Positions 1 to 9,620 of a DNA stretch of 64,000 bases are shown one piece after another; within the stretch, counting starts at the first letter, position 1, and every line of letters starts with the position of its first letter. The DNA lies in the IMG/VR virus record IMGVR_UViG_3300027708_001828; one strand, 5' to 3'. Position numbers and translations under genes: made by a program. Under the pieces are notes generated by a model, which saw nothing but the letters and a program-made list of their open reading frames with translations, was not told the origin of the DNA and ran no database searches. The stretch is from an uncultured virus (IMG/VR IMGVR_UViG_3300027708_001828). Taxonomy: Duplodnaviria; Heunggongvirae; Uroviricota; Caudoviricetes.

Positions 1-232
1 CGTGTGGAGTGTGCGGGTCTCCTTCCTGATCGCTGAATCTGTGATGCTTTCTATGTATAGCTACCCATTGTTTGGTAACCATACCAGTTGTTAGCCATAG
101 CCAACAGCGCATAAAATGGCTTAAGATTGGGTGGAATATAATTCCTTTGTGTGCTTGTCCTCTGTGTAAGAACAGAGTGACTGAAATGATAGTAATATGT
201 GTTACTACAAGAGTGTATATAATAATGTCCAT
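1..232 (-). CDS. Fatty acid desaturase (5' part, runs off window start)
   Basis: Read manually: MDIIIYTLVVTHITIISVTLFLHRGQAH...WVAIHRKHHRFSDQEGDPHTPH; His boxes; near-identical to 43314..44027. Confidence 0.85.
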   Translation of the reverse strand, partial: MDIIIYTLVVTHITIISVTLFLHRGQAHKGIIFHPILSHFMRCWLWLTTGMVTKQWVAIHRKHHRFSDQEGDPHTPH

Positions 233-239
233 TATATAC

Positions 240-605
240 TTAGTCGTCTCCAGCGGCGCCTTTTATCTCTTCTTTAGTAGCTCTACGTTTGCCAATAGGA
301 GTTTCTTCGACTGCTTCTTTCTTACGTTTAGCATTGATTTCTTTATCTGCTTCTATACGTTCTTGCTCGATAGTTTTACCACGCAATTCCATAACAGTTT
401 CTACTTTCTGGTTAAGACGTATAAGATCGTTATCGAGCATACGAATACGATCAATGAGTGCAATAAGAGTTCCATTAGCTTGCCCTATAACTGGCTTGAT
501 TTCTGTGGTTACCCATGTCCACACATAGTAGATAAAGTATCCCATTCCTGCCGCAGCCACAATGGGGAATCCATACTTGTTAACTAGATCAACTAGGCTG
601 TCCAT
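240..605 (-). CDS. Small membrane protein with GFPI motif and coiled coil (YvrJ/holin-like)
   Basis: One TM segment after YGFPI; paralog of 44939..45274. Confidence 0.6.
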   Translation of the reverse strand: MDSLVDLVNKYGFPIVAAAGMGYFIYYVWTWVTTEIKPVIGQANGTLIALIDRIRMLDNDLIRLNQKVETVMELRGKTIEQERIEADKEINAKRKKEAVEETPIGKRRATKEEIKGAAGDD

Positions 606-786
606 TTACTCGATGTCCTTTGTTAAACTGCTCTACTGCTTCTAATTTGACCAACATGGCTCGGCCATTGCGATTGACAATTTTAAAACAATCTCCGCCT
701 TTCCAGCCCAGCTTGTCTATATCTAGTTCTTGATCTAATAAAATACGGTTGGGTTCTAAGTCCCATTCGTAATCATAGTATTTCAT
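589..786 (-). CDS. Hypothetical protein
   Basis: Paralog of 45407..45601 (YDYxWDLEP...LGWKxGDCFK). Confidence 0.75.
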   Translation of the reverse strand: MKYYDYEWDLEPNRILLDQELDIDKLGWKGGDCFKIVNRNGRAMLVKLEAVEQFNKGHRVNGQPS

Positions 787-1064
787 TAGTCTTTCCTTTG
801 ATCTGATTGTTCAGCTCTAGCTATGCGATCATAGTCTGGTTGTAGTCCCAATGCATGACTAACTTTGACATCAATGCGTTGTAGTTGATTGGTCATGGTG
901 TCAACACGACTGTCTAAGCCTTTGATGATGCCACCCATGCCGTTGACACTGCTAGTCACTCCAGCAAGAATAAATTTCAAAGTCAGGAAAACAAAGTAAC
1001 CAGCCGCACAGGCACCCGCAATAGGAAACCCTAACTCTGCTACTAGTTTAAAAAAATCGCCCAC
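786..1064 (-). CDS. Small membrane protein with GFPI motif (YvrJ/holin-like)
   Basis: GTG start, GGAG RBS; paralog of 45601..45882. Confidence 0.6.
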   Translation of the reverse strand: MGDFFKLVAELGFPIAGACAAGYFVFLTLKFILAGVTSSVNGMGGIIKGLDSRVDTMTNQLQRIDVKVSHALGLQPDYDRIARAEQSDQRKD

Positions 1065-1082
1065 TGTCGCTCCTTACAGTTT

Positions 1083-1295
1083 TTAAGCGTATGTACTACG
1101 TTCTTCTGGTGTTATACTTGATATTGCACTATGTACTAATTCGCCGTTAGTATCATAAATTTTAATCACGTGTGCTTCACTTTCTGTCGCATGTTCAATG
1201 GCTTCTTCAACTGTGTCAAAAAAGTGTTTTAAAGTATTCAAAATTCCATCTTCCCAGTGATGATGTTTTGCATAATATTTTTCGTGTTTTCCCAT
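1083..1295 (-). CDS. Hypothetical protein
   Basis: Paralog of 1634..1831 (WExGI...EEA...IKxY...YA). Confidence 0.7.
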   Translation of the reverse strand: MGKHEKYYAKHHHWEDGILNTLKHFFDTVEEAIEHATESEAHVIKIYDTNGELVHSAISSITPEERSTYA

Positions 1296-1304
1296 GTCAA
1301 TCCT

Positions 1305-1610
1305 TTAAATTGTATTCAAATGTACTACTTCTTCTAATTCAGTAATACCGTGTAATTGTTGATACTGTAATCGATCAGCTTTTACATTTTGAATTGCAGA
1401 AGAGCCTTGCCATAGGGCATAATCGTTTGCTGATGGAAAATATATCGAACGCATCAATGTTAATTCATCGTTGCTAATAACTTCCATTGGATATAATTTG
1501 TAAGATTTTTCTGCTTCCAATGCAGTATTCAGTAAAGCCCCTGACAACACATAAAAATTTACGGCTGTGGATGGGCGAACTCTCTTGAATAGTACTAAAA
1601 CTCCTGCCAT
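1305..1610 (-). CDS. Hypothetical protein
   Basis: ORF in operon, AGGAG RBS. Confidence 0.65.
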   Translation of the reverse strand: MAGVLVLFKRVRPSTAVNFYVLSGALLNTALEAEKSYKLYPMEVISNDELTLMRSIYFPSANDYALWQGSSAIQNVKADRLQYQQLHGITELEEVVHLNTI

Positions 1611-1633
1611 GCTACGCTCCTTGTTTCTAGTAT

Positions 1634-1831
1634 TTATGCGTATAAATTGTTACTTGGAGTTTGGGTTGCAGAGTATAATACTTCGTTATCGTAATAAACT
1701 TTTATAGTTTCCGCCATGCCATACGCCCTAGCATAGCTTAAAGCCGCTTCTTCGGACAGGAATTCTATAGTATTACCGCGTATAATACCGTTTTCCCAAG
1801 TGAACATTTTAACTAGGTATTTGTAAGCCAT
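1634..1831 (-). CDS. Hypothetical protein
   Basis: Paralog of 1083..1295. Confidence 0.7.
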   Translation of the reverse strand: MAYKYLVKMFTWENGIIRGNTIEFLSEEAALSYARAYGMAETIKVYYDNEVLYSATQTPSNNLYA

Positions 1832-1834
1832 GTT

Positions 1835-2890
1835 TTATCCGCCGAAGTAGTTAGACCAAATCTTAGCAGTTTGATCTGTATAATGTGTAAGACTATGCTG
1901 ATGTGTTTCGGCATTTAGATGTGGAAATTTATATGATAAGTGCAGTTTTTCAATGATGCTTTTGCTACTGTTTGGATCTGCACTAAACTCCTTTACCGCC
2001 CAAGGGATTTCATCTGCATTGCCAATTAACGGAACACCTTGGCTAATTAAATCGGCACCTACAATATTGAATGTTTCACTTAGATTACATTGTAGCCCTA
2101 TATCCATAGTTGCACATAGTTCTAAGAATTCTTCTCTTGGACGCCACAAGTGATTGACTAACTCGTGCCCACGGCCGTTTATCTGTTGGAATATACTTTT
2201 TAAGTTTTTAATAACAGGGCCGCCCTGCATTTCGATACGGCCAGCATTGACATGGAATCGTAATTTTTTACCAATTTCATCAGCAAACCCTATAGCCGCT
2301 AATGCTTGTAGTATATGATTCTTCAATGGACGTATTGCTCCAAAGCAACTTATATCGATAGTGTCCTTGGCGGTGTCTAGTACTTTAGAAGTATACGTTT
2401 GCGGATAGTAGTTAGGCAAATAAATTACCTTTTCATTAGTTTGCTCGTCTGTCCAACTGTTACGATGCTTCAAATATATTTTGATATCTTCCATCATACG
2501 TGGCGCATTGATAGCAAGCACAATATTTCTGCAACCAGAATAATCAGCTAGCCAATCAAATGCCATGCCTTCTCCAGCAAGGAACGGTGTTTCACTATGC
2601 ACACGTATAATCCATGTTACCTTAGGATGTAATCTTTGTAATACTGCAAACTTTTCAGGAATGACCCATATTGCTTCTATAATACATTGTGTGGGTCTAT
2701 GCAGTGTTACAAACTTATCTATGCGATTATAATCTTCAACAACTTCCAAATGACTTTCAATGTTGTGTTCAATCAGCATGTCGTTCATGAATTTGGCACT
2801 GTTATACAGACCCGTGCTTAGACCAACGTGAGTATGCTCTTTGGCATCAAAATCAGGACGACGTTTTAGAATGAATAGAACTTTTGACAT
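1835..2890 (-). CDS. Glycosyltransferase-like (GT-B/GT4) protein
   Basis: FGAIRPLKN and SETFNIVGADLISQGVP resemble GT4 C-terminal motifs. Confidence 0.6.
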   Translation of the reverse strand: MSKVLFILKRRPDFDAKEHTHVGLSTGLYNSAKFMNDMLIEHNIESHLEVVEDYNRIDKFVTLHRPTQCIIEAIWVIPEKFAVLQRLHPKVTWIIRVHSETPFLAGEGMAFDWLADYSGCRNIVLAINAPRMMEDIKIYLKHRNSWTDEQTNEKVIYLPNYYPQTYTSKVLDTAKDTIDISCFGAIRPLKNHILQALAAIGFADEIGKKLRFHVNAGRIEMQGGPVIKNLKSIFQQINGRGHELVNHLWRPREEFLELCATMDIGLQCNLSETFNIVGADLISQGVPLIGNADEIPWAVKEFSADPNSSKSIIEKLHLSYKFPHLNAETHQHSLTHYTDQTAKIWSNYFGG

Positions 2891-2958
2891 GTGTTCTCGC
2901 TACTGTGTTATCAGTATTTATGCTAATACTAGCATATAAAGATTACGAGAAGATTAAT

Positions 2959-3052
2959 GCTCACTTTAGAGATTACTAGGTAGCGAATCGTTCGTCTCTA
3001 GGCAGCAGCCGCCTACACCATCGGTAACAAGTACCGGTCCTAAGGTGTGTTC
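2959..3052. ncRNA. Structured element, copy A (unidentified)
   Basis: Homologous to 44843..44935 with compensatory changes. Confidence 0.65.
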
Positions 3053-3065
3053 TTATATACTTTAT

Positions 3066-3848
3066 TTACCTACCTATGTATACCTGCGGCTGAGCTTCTT
3101 GCCTACGTTGTTCTTCACTCTTGGGAAATAACCCATCACCGTATTGCGGATATTTTTTCTGACGATCATATGCTACATACATCATGGTAAAACCAAAAGT
3201 AAAAATTATTAAGATAATAGCAACTCCTACTATTGCTTCGTCTCTAAGTCTCTTCATCCGGGCCGCACGTCTTCTGTCGTGTACTGCTTGTTGTTTCATC
3301 TGGGCTGTGATGAGAACACTTTGTTCTTTGCCCATTTGCTTCATCATGGCTTCTACTTCTGTATACAATGCTCCAAGTTCCGGTGGACTTTGATATACCA
3401 TTAGTTCACGTAGTTCTATACTCATCTGTTCTAATTGTTTTTTCATTAGAACACGTTGTAAAGCACGTTTGCCTAAACTGTCATCACCGTGATAAATTTC
3501 AGTTTTGGCGCGGCGCTCTTCTTCTTCAAAGATAGCCATACACTTGTAGAAGTTATCGTAATATGCGCCAAGATGATTGCCAATCTCTGTATAGACTCCT
3601 GTAGTCTCGCCTGAGTTAGCTTTTTTGTTTAATTCTATTACACGATTTTTTTCTTCTATGTAGGCATTCTTCTGTGCTACAGTAGGAGGTTTTTCAGGAG
3701 GATGAAGTTTGTGGAACTGATCGTCTAGATCTTTGAGTACTTCTTTAACTTCGCCAGCCGCGCCCTTAATATCTTTGTAAAGTTTGCAACCGGCCTTAAC
3801 CGCGGAGACTGCTCCATTGGCAAGGGCAAATAGGGTAATAGGATCCAT
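3066..3848 (-). CDS. Hypothetical coiled-coil protein with C-terminal TM
   Basis: 260-aa ORF, hydrophobic segment near C-terminus. Confidence 0.75.
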   Translation of the reverse strand: MDPITLFALANGAVSAVKAGCKLYKDIKGAAGEVKEVLKDLDDQFHKLHPPEKPPTVAQKNAYIEEKNRVIELNKKANSGETTGVYTEIGNHLGAYYDNFYKCMAIFEEEERRAKTEIYHGDDSLGKRALQRVLMKKQLEQMSIELRELMVYQSPPELGALYTEVEAMMKQMGKEQSVLITAQMKQQAVHDRRRAARMKRLRDEAIVGVAIILIIFTFGFTMMYVAYDRQKKYPQYGDGLFPKSEEQRRQEAQPQVYIGR

Positions 3849-3860
3849 TACCCTGGATCC

Positions 3861-4445
3861 TTAGAAGAATAAGAATACGCCCTGAAGACTTAAAAGTATG
3901 CCAATACCTGCTACTACAAAACTACTCCAGAACAACATCATACTAACAGCAAGAATACTTGCCGATAATACAACAATTGCTAACTGGTATGCGGTGCTTG
4001 CATAACCAATCCAAGGACTACGTGTCTTAGCATCATCTCGTTCTGCTTCTAAGGCTTTGGCCTTAATCATTAAATCTTTCTTACCTTCTTTAGGTTCGTT
4101 TTCATAACGATCAATCTTTGCGGCCATTTCTGCGGCACGGGCTTTATCGCCGTTGTGTTGGGCTTCGTACAGATTTTGTTCTGCTAGACTTTGCTTGATT
4201 GATTTGGCTTGATAAAAGCTATAAGTGTCGTTGGCTTTGATAGTATTGTTTAATACTGTGCTACCCAACTTGCCGCCATACCATGCGTTAAGTGCAAGAC
4301 ATAATGCAAATATGTTAATAACCATACCTGCTTTGTCTTTAATCTTTGCTTCGCGTTCGCTACGTGAGCCAACTGGTGGCTTTGGTGCGTCTGGGTCTTT
4401 TGGTGTTTTGTTGATTAAGTTCAACACTGAGTCTATAAGTGCCAT
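3861..4445 (-). CDS. Membrane protein, DUF4337-like
   Basis: Start reassigned to MALIDS (GGGAG RBS); YSFYQAKSIKQ motif and 3 TM segments. Confidence 0.6.
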   Translation of the reverse strand: MALIDSVLNLINKTPKDPDAPKPPVGSRSEREAKIKDKAGMVINIFALCLALNAWYGGKLGSTVLNNTIKANDTYSFYQAKSIKQSLAEQNLYEAQHNGDKARAAEMAAKIDRYENEPKEGKKDLMIKAKALEAERDDAKTRSPWIGYASTAYQLAIVVLSASILAVSMMLFWSSFVVAGIGILLSLQGVFLFF

Positions 4446-4565
4446 TGATTCGCTCCCGGCTTGTGTTAATATACTAGTATTTATAACTTTTTGGTTAATA
4501 TACAAGCCAGCTAAATACATTGTGGCGTACTAGCGCCGGCAAATATACTAGATCAGGAGAATTTC

Positions 4566-6536
4566 ATGTCATTAAATCCACTTACAGGGCAACGCGAAGG
4601 TTCAGCTATGCCACAACGAGTACGCGACGTACTAGGACGTTTAAAAGTATCAGTACACCAAAACGTATACGAAGCTGACTTTGAATACGGAACACAACCC
4701 CTACGTTGGGAAATTGTAACACAAGGCAGTGGTTCAGTTGCCTCTGTTCCCGGATCGGGTGGTGTGCGTATGCGTGTTACCAATGCGGCAGGCGATATTG
4801 CATTGCGTCAAAGTCGTCCATATCACAGATATCAACCAGGTAAGACCATGTTCATGGCCACAGGTTGTCAATTTGGTGTAGCCACTGCGTCGCAAGTTCA
4901 ACGTGTGGGGTTCTTTGATGACTCAAACGGTGTATTTTTTGAACAAGGTGTTGCCACACAAACTAATCCATACGGCATGTATGTGGTGGTGCGCAGTGAC
5001 GCAGGTGGCACAATACAGGAAACACGTTGGGGATTAGACAGCTGGAACGGCGATCTTAATAATATTCGTCAATTAGATTTCACACGTATACAGATGTTCT
5101 GGATTGAATATGCATGGTACGGAGCTGGTGCAACACGTTTTGGTTTCTGGATCAACGGTGAACCGGTGATTGCACATCAAATTGGCTGGGCCAACTACAA
5201 CAACACAGTCAACGCAACTGGACCACAAACTCAGCCTTGGGCACGTACAGGTAACTTGCCAGTGCGCTATGAAATCCGTAACATAAATGCAGTGGTACCT
5301 AATCCCAGCGACATGTATCACTATGGTGTGTCGGTTATCGTTGAAGGTGGACGAGACGAACAGCGTGGTTTTACATACTCATATGGTTTGCCAAATACTG
5401 TACAAACTCGTTCAGTAAGTCCATCCACAACACGTTTTCCATTGTTGACAATCCGTGGACGCCAGTTTGGTACGCAGGAATACGGCACAGTTTATGCGTC
5501 ATCAACTGGTGCGACAATTACATCAATCGGGGCGGCAGTGAGTTGTAACCTTACAGCCAGCATTTCAGGAACTACACTAACAGTCACGGCTACCAATTCG
5601 GGAACAATCCAAGCTGGACAACAGCTAACTGGTTTTGGTGTTGCATTTGGCACATATATAACTGGTGGTAGTGGGTCAACTTGGTCAGTAAGTATCAGTC
5701 AAACTACTGCGTCAACAACCATTACTGGATATAGTGTAACTATAACATTCCCAGCGGCCACATTTACCAGCGGACAGTTTAATGGACGCATGATATTCTT
5801 CCCAGGACAAGGCGGAACAGCATTAGATAAAAACGGTATTGTTGCTCGTGTGATTGCTACCAGCCCAACAACATTGATCGTTGCTGATCCTGTAACAGGT
5901 GGCGCATTGACATCAACGCCTAGCGTTGGTACTCCTCCAGCCGCAAGCGCAATGAGTGGAGGTGTAACTGGTGGATATACATTTACAGTTGGTACTATAT
6001 CTGGAGCCACAGTTGGTATGAGTGTAACTGGCACTGGTATTAGTCCGGGCAGTATTGTTAGTGCCATTAATGGTAGTGTAGTTACCATCAACCAACCATT
6101 GACAGCCAACAGTGCAGGCAATGCTACATTTGTAGCAGGCTACTGTATTGGACTAATTAATCGTGGACAATTACTACCACGTCGTTTGATGGTGTCATCA
6201 GATACACGTTGCGTGGTTGAAGTTATTGCAGGTAGTATCACTAATAACAGCACACTAACTGGTGCAAACTTTGTACCAATGGCCAGCTCAGGATCGACCA
6301 ACAGTTTCGCTGAACGTGACTTTAGTGCTACTGCTGTAGCTGGCGGCGAAGTTGTGTTTGCGTTTACACTTGCTAGTGGTTCAGGATTGCAGGATATTGA
6401 CTTCAGCTACTTCTTCCCCTTGTATAACAGTATTAGAGGAAATCAAATTGATCAATTAACAGTTGCAATTACTACAATTAGTGGCACTACATCAGTTGTT
6501 GGTGCGCACTTGATCTGTCAAGAGGCTATGAGTTAA
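4566..6536 (+). CDS. Virion structural/fibre-like protein
   Basis: 656 aa, T/G/S-rich; AGGAG RBS; TAAATA upstream. Confidence 0.6.
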   Translation: MSLNPLTGQREGSAMPQRVRDVLGRLKVSVHQNVYEADFEYGTQPLRWEIVTQGSGSVASVPGSGGVRMRVTNAAGDIALRQSRPYHRYQPGKTMFMATGCQFGVATASQVQRVGFFDDSNGVFFEQGVATQTNPYGMYVVVRSDAGGTIQETRWGLDSWNGDLNNIRQLDFTRIQMFWIEYAWYGAGATRFGFWINGEPVIAHQIGWANYNNTVNATGPQTQPWARTGNLPVRYEIRNINAVVPNPSDMYHYGVSVIVEGGRDEQRGFTYSYGLPNTVQTRSVSPSTTRFPLLTIRGRQFGTQEYGTVYASSTGATITSIGAAVSCNLTASISGTTLTVTATNSGTIQAGQQLTGFGVAFGTYITGGSGSTWSVSISQTTASTTITGYSVTITFPAATFTSGQFNGRMIFFPGQGGTALDKNGIVARVIATSPTTLIVADPVTGGALTSTPSVGTPPAASAMSGGVTGGYTFTVGTISGATVGMSVTGTGISPGSIVSAINGSVVTINQPLTANSAGNATFVAGYCIGLINRGQLLPRRLMVSSDTRCVVEVIAGSITNNSTLTGANFVPMASSGSTNSFAERDFSATAVAGGEVVFAFTLASGSGLQDIDFSYFFPLYNSIRGNQIDQLTVAITTISGTTSVVGAHLICQEAMS

Positions 6537-6539
6537 TAA

Positions 6540-6950
6540 ATGCTGGTCAAAGAAATACTCACCGAAGGCTTGAACAAGAAAGCAACATTTGCTATCCTGC
6601 ATGACTTTGTACGATTTGCTGCCGAAGACTTGGAGCTCAAGAGCTTGCCACAGTTTGACTTTGTGTTTGACTCGAAGCAAAGTGTTGAGAACAAGAGCTT
6701 TGGTGGGTATAGGCCTGGAGCGGAACACATTACTATCACTGTAAAGCATCGTCATATCAACGATGTATGCCGTACCTTAGCACATGAGCTGGTACACTAT
6801 TCACAAGATCTAAAAAGTGAACTAGAAGATGATGGTGCTGGTGCTACTGGATCGCCACAGGAAAACGAAGCTAATGCCCGTGCCGCGGTTATCATGCGCA
6901 ACTGGGGCAAGAAGCATCCTGACTACTTTGATAAAGAATCAATAGAATAA
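6540..6950 (+). CDS. HExxH zinc metallopeptidase-like protein
   Basis: TLAHELVH plus downstream ENEANA. Confidence 0.6.
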   Translation: MLVKEILTEGLNKKATFAILHDFVRFAAEDLELKSLPQFDFVFDSKQSVENKSFGGYRPGAEHITITVKHRHINDVCRTLAHELVHYSQDLKSELEDDGAGATGSPQENEANARAAVIMRNWGKKHPDYFDKESIE

Positions 6951-6961
6951 AGAGTCAAATA

Positions 6962-6980
6962 AAAAGGCCCCGTAGGGCCT
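6962..6980 (-). terminator. Intrinsic terminator between convergent genes
   Basis: aggccc-cgta-gggcct with A-run on the left. Confidence 0.6.
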
Positions 6981-7019
6981 AGTAGTATTATATTGCACTT
7001 CTGCAAACAAAGCTATGCT

Positions 7020-7286
7020 TTACTTCTTTGTGCCCGTATTTACGAACCCATAGAACTTTTCAGCGGCTTCCATGATCTTGTCCATACCTGGAAACTCTGG
7101 CATTGCCACTGTGCTGACAACTTGTCCAGTTTTCTCATCACGAGCAACTGACATTTCCCAGCCCTTGAACTTCATATGATATTCATCCATAACAGCGTCT
7201 TTGGCCATGGCCAACACATCTGTACGGATCTCGTAGCCGTTTTTGCTGAACTTGACTTCTGGTAGTTTTGGAGTAAAATCAGACAT
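7020..7286 (-). CDS. Hypothetical protein
   Basis: 88-aa ORF with RBS. Confidence 0.75.
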   Translation of the reverse strand: MSDFTPKLPEVKFSKNGYEIRTDVLAMAKDAVMDEYHMKFKGWEMSVARDEKTGQVVSTVAMPEFPGMDKIMEAAEKFYGFVNTGTKK

Positions 7287-7492
7287 TATTTTGCTCCTTT
7301 GCGAACTGTGTTTTTGGCATTGGCCACTAGTGTTTGTGCTAGGTCCAAGGTGGTATCAACCCAGCCTTGATAAAACTTAGTTTGTGCTTCGATCAGTGTG
7401 ACTAATTTTGACTGCACTTCTTTGTCAGATACGAATGTATTGACGATTGTTTTCTTGCCACTTTGAATGGCGTCGATTGCTTGATTAAACAT
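7286..7492 (-). CDS. Hypothetical helical (phasin-like) protein
   Basis: Start reassigned to MFNQAI (AGGAG RBS). Confidence 0.55.
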   Translation of the reverse strand: MFNQAIDAIQSGKKTIVNTFVSDKEVQSKLVTLIEAQTKFYQGWVDTTLDLAQTLVANAKNTVRKGAK

Positions 7493-7687
7493 TTTAAATC
7501 TCCTGTGTGTAATGTTTGTGTGTTTGTAACAACGTTTGCTGTTACAGTTAGTATATATGCCTTTTGTGAAAAAACATAGTGTAATGGTTATCTTGCTATA
7601 AACAAGTATGTGACTATGGCCGCAATCGCCCATGCCGCACACTTCTCACCGTACTTGGCTTCAAATCGTGCAATGGCTTCTGCCATA

Positions 7688-7807
7688 TTATGCTCCGTAT
7701 ACAGCTTTGGCTTCTGCAACACGACCTTGACGAGCAAGCCAAGCCGCATGACGTGCTTCACCTACTGATACTAATACATGCCATACTGTGCTCAGAATAG
7801 TTTTCAT
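7688..7807 (-). CDS. Small hypothetical protein (39 aa)
   Basis: MKTILSTVWHVLVSVGEARHAAWLARQGRVAEAKAVYGA; overlaps stop of upstream gene. Confidence 0.5.
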   Translation of the reverse strand: MKTILSTVWHVLVSVGEARHAAWLARQGRVAEAKAVYGA

Positions 7808-7989
7808 AATCCACGGCTCCAGTATTGTCCTTCAGCCTCATACTGGCGTGTCCAGTATTCTACATCAGATGCATTTGTTGGACGCTTGCTGTTGATATAT
7901 TGTTCCAAACGGCTTTGGTAACCTGCCTTAGGGAACATTTCGCCTAGTCTTTCCATAAGAGCTAGCATTTTGCTTGATAAAGTTTTCAT
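7804..7989 (-). CDS. Hypothetical protein (DUF3563-like)
   Basis: LEQYINS...DVEYWTRQYE pattern; GAGG RBS. Confidence 0.5.
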   Translation of the reverse strand: MKTLSSKMLALMERLGEMFPKAGYQSRLEQYINSKRPTNASDVEYWTRQYEAEGQYWSRGL

Positions 7990-8135
7990 TTTGTGATATC
8001 CTCTGTTAGTGTATGTAGAATTGTGTCCTACCATGTATTTAGCACATCAGTATAAACCATGATAATTTTCAACCCATTTGATATAATTAAAAGTAGACTG
8101 TATAATTCAATAAATAACACACAACGAGAAAGAAC

Positions 8136-8396
8136 ATGCGTAAAAGCACCCGTAGTATTCTACAAGAACTTAGCGATATAGGCATTAGCCGCGATACTGA
8201 TCTAGTGATAGAAAGCCGCGGATCCAACATCATTGCCAGCGCAGTTAACCTTCTCAGTATGATACGCGAACACTACGATGTGGAAACTGCCGCTGAACTA
8301 GAACGCAGATTCATAAATTCAATCAAATCCAACGATGCAACCAAGTTCAAACGTGGTATCAAGCGCATCCAAGAAGGCAAAGACACACAGGTATAA
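8136..8396 (+). CDS. Hypothetical protein
   Basis: 86-aa ORF after TAAATA. Confidence 0.75.
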   Translation: MRKSTRSILQELSDIGISRDTDLVIESRGSNIIASAVNLLSMIREHYDVETAAELERRFINSIKSNDATKFKRGIKRIQEGKDTQV

Positions 8397-8520
8397 AATA
8401 CCAGCTTGAAATTGAGCATATCTAGCCAATTTTTATTCAAACTACTAAATAATTATACAAAGGCCTTTTAGGAAGGTCGCTCGAAGAGTTCGAGCAGTAT
8501 GGTAAGATTAGGAGAATATT

Positions 8521-9033
8521 ATGCCATCATTATTAAACACAACAGTCGCCGCCAACTACGGCGCAATGTCAAAGCAAGACACATACGCAACAGGCGCAGC
8601 CTTTAGTGCATTCGGTACACGCCCACTACGTTTGCTCAAAGTTGTACTATCAAGCGGTTCATTGAATGACCTACGTTATCAAGACGGAACAACAAGCTCA
8701 ACATCATATGCTGATGCCAACAGCTTGTTTGGTCAAGTGGTTCGCGCTATGCAAACCAACGCTGAAATCTATTTTGTTGGTCAACCTGACGCAACATCAT
8801 TCTTAGCACTTGTTGCTGGCGACACAGTAGATGACGCAGAAACTTCAAGCAACGTTGCTGGTACAGGTTACGGTCAATTGGAAGCCACAATCAAAGCTAC
8901 CATTGACGGACGTACAGCCGCTGGTCATGGTGCTGGTGCCGCTGGTACAGCAACTACAGTTACAATTACAGCAAGTGGTACTGCCGCTAACCCTAACTTC
9001 TTTGTTGGTGGTGCTTTAGGTACATTCGCTTAA
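8521..9033 (+). CDS. Probable virion structural protein
   Basis: A/G/T-rich, strongly biased codons, AGGAG RBS, terminator follows. Confidence 0.6.
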   Translation: MPSLLNTTVAANYGAMSKQDTYATGAAFSAFGTRPLRLLKVVLSSGSLNDLRYQDGTTSSTSYADANSLFGQVVRAMQTNAEIYFVGQPDATSFLALVAGDTVDDAETSSNVAGTGYGQLEATIKATIDGRTAAGHGAGAAGTATTVTITASGTAANPNFFVGGALGTFA

Positions 9034-9073
9034 TTTGTAAATTAAGTTTATTCTCAGGGATGGGAAGCAAATC

Positions 9074-9096
9074 AGGACTCTTCGGAGTCCTTTTTT
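9074..9096 (+). terminator. Intrinsic terminator
   Basis: aggactc-ttcg-gagtcct-T run. Confidence 0.85.
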
Positions 9097-9113
9097 GTTG
9101 GCTTAAATACTGC

Positions 9114-9515
9114 ATGGAATACAAACTATACACTCTAGTGGATATTACTCACACAGGACAACACAGGACCGAACCCGGTAAAGAATCACTGCGTTGGAAA
9201 GAACAAAACTTTCAAACTGTTATACAAACTTTGGGCATAAGATCCAATATACTTTACAGCAGTGGCCCTATTGCATCTGAAGTTGCTGGCAAACTGATTG
9301 GCTTTGACACTGATAAAATCATACGTGTGTGGCGATTTGATTTTAGCACAGACCGTGAGCATGTGTATGAATCCAATGGAGACCCCGTTGGCGCACTGAT
9401 AGAAGATTTTACACTGGTGCCCTATATAGCAGGTCTAGATGAACGTATGGAACAACGATACGCAGTGTTCAACACTGAAGATCCGGGTAAGAATATTGCA
9501 TTCTTCGCTAAATAA
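9114..9515 (+). CDS. Hypothetical protein
   Basis: Start reassigned to MEYKLY after TAAATA. Confidence 0.7.
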   Translation: MEYKLYTLVDITHTGQHRTEPGKESLRWKEQNFQTVIQTLGIRSNILYSSGPIASEVAGKLIGFDTDKIIRVWRFDFSTDREHVYESNGDPVGALIEDFTLVPYIAGLDERMEQRYAVFNTEDPGKNIAFFAK

Positions 9516-9620
9516 CATTGTAGGCAAATTCAGTACACGTAAACACTTAGGCATTCAATCATACATTAGGCACATGACTCGGAGCGAGTCCCTGACTTAT
9601 CACATTGGAGATGCCTTAAC

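Noticed and set aside
72..587. 171-aa plus-strand ORF and other antisense ORFs (e.g. 28747..29328 in dnaK, 5699..6121)
   Set aside because: Shadow frames of well-supported opposite-strand genes.
3008..3050. Twister ribozyme (CCGCCUA...CCGGUCCUAAG resemblance)
   Set aside because: The downstream P4 closing strand and GAG/GG pseudoknot partners are not evident; left as an unidentified element.
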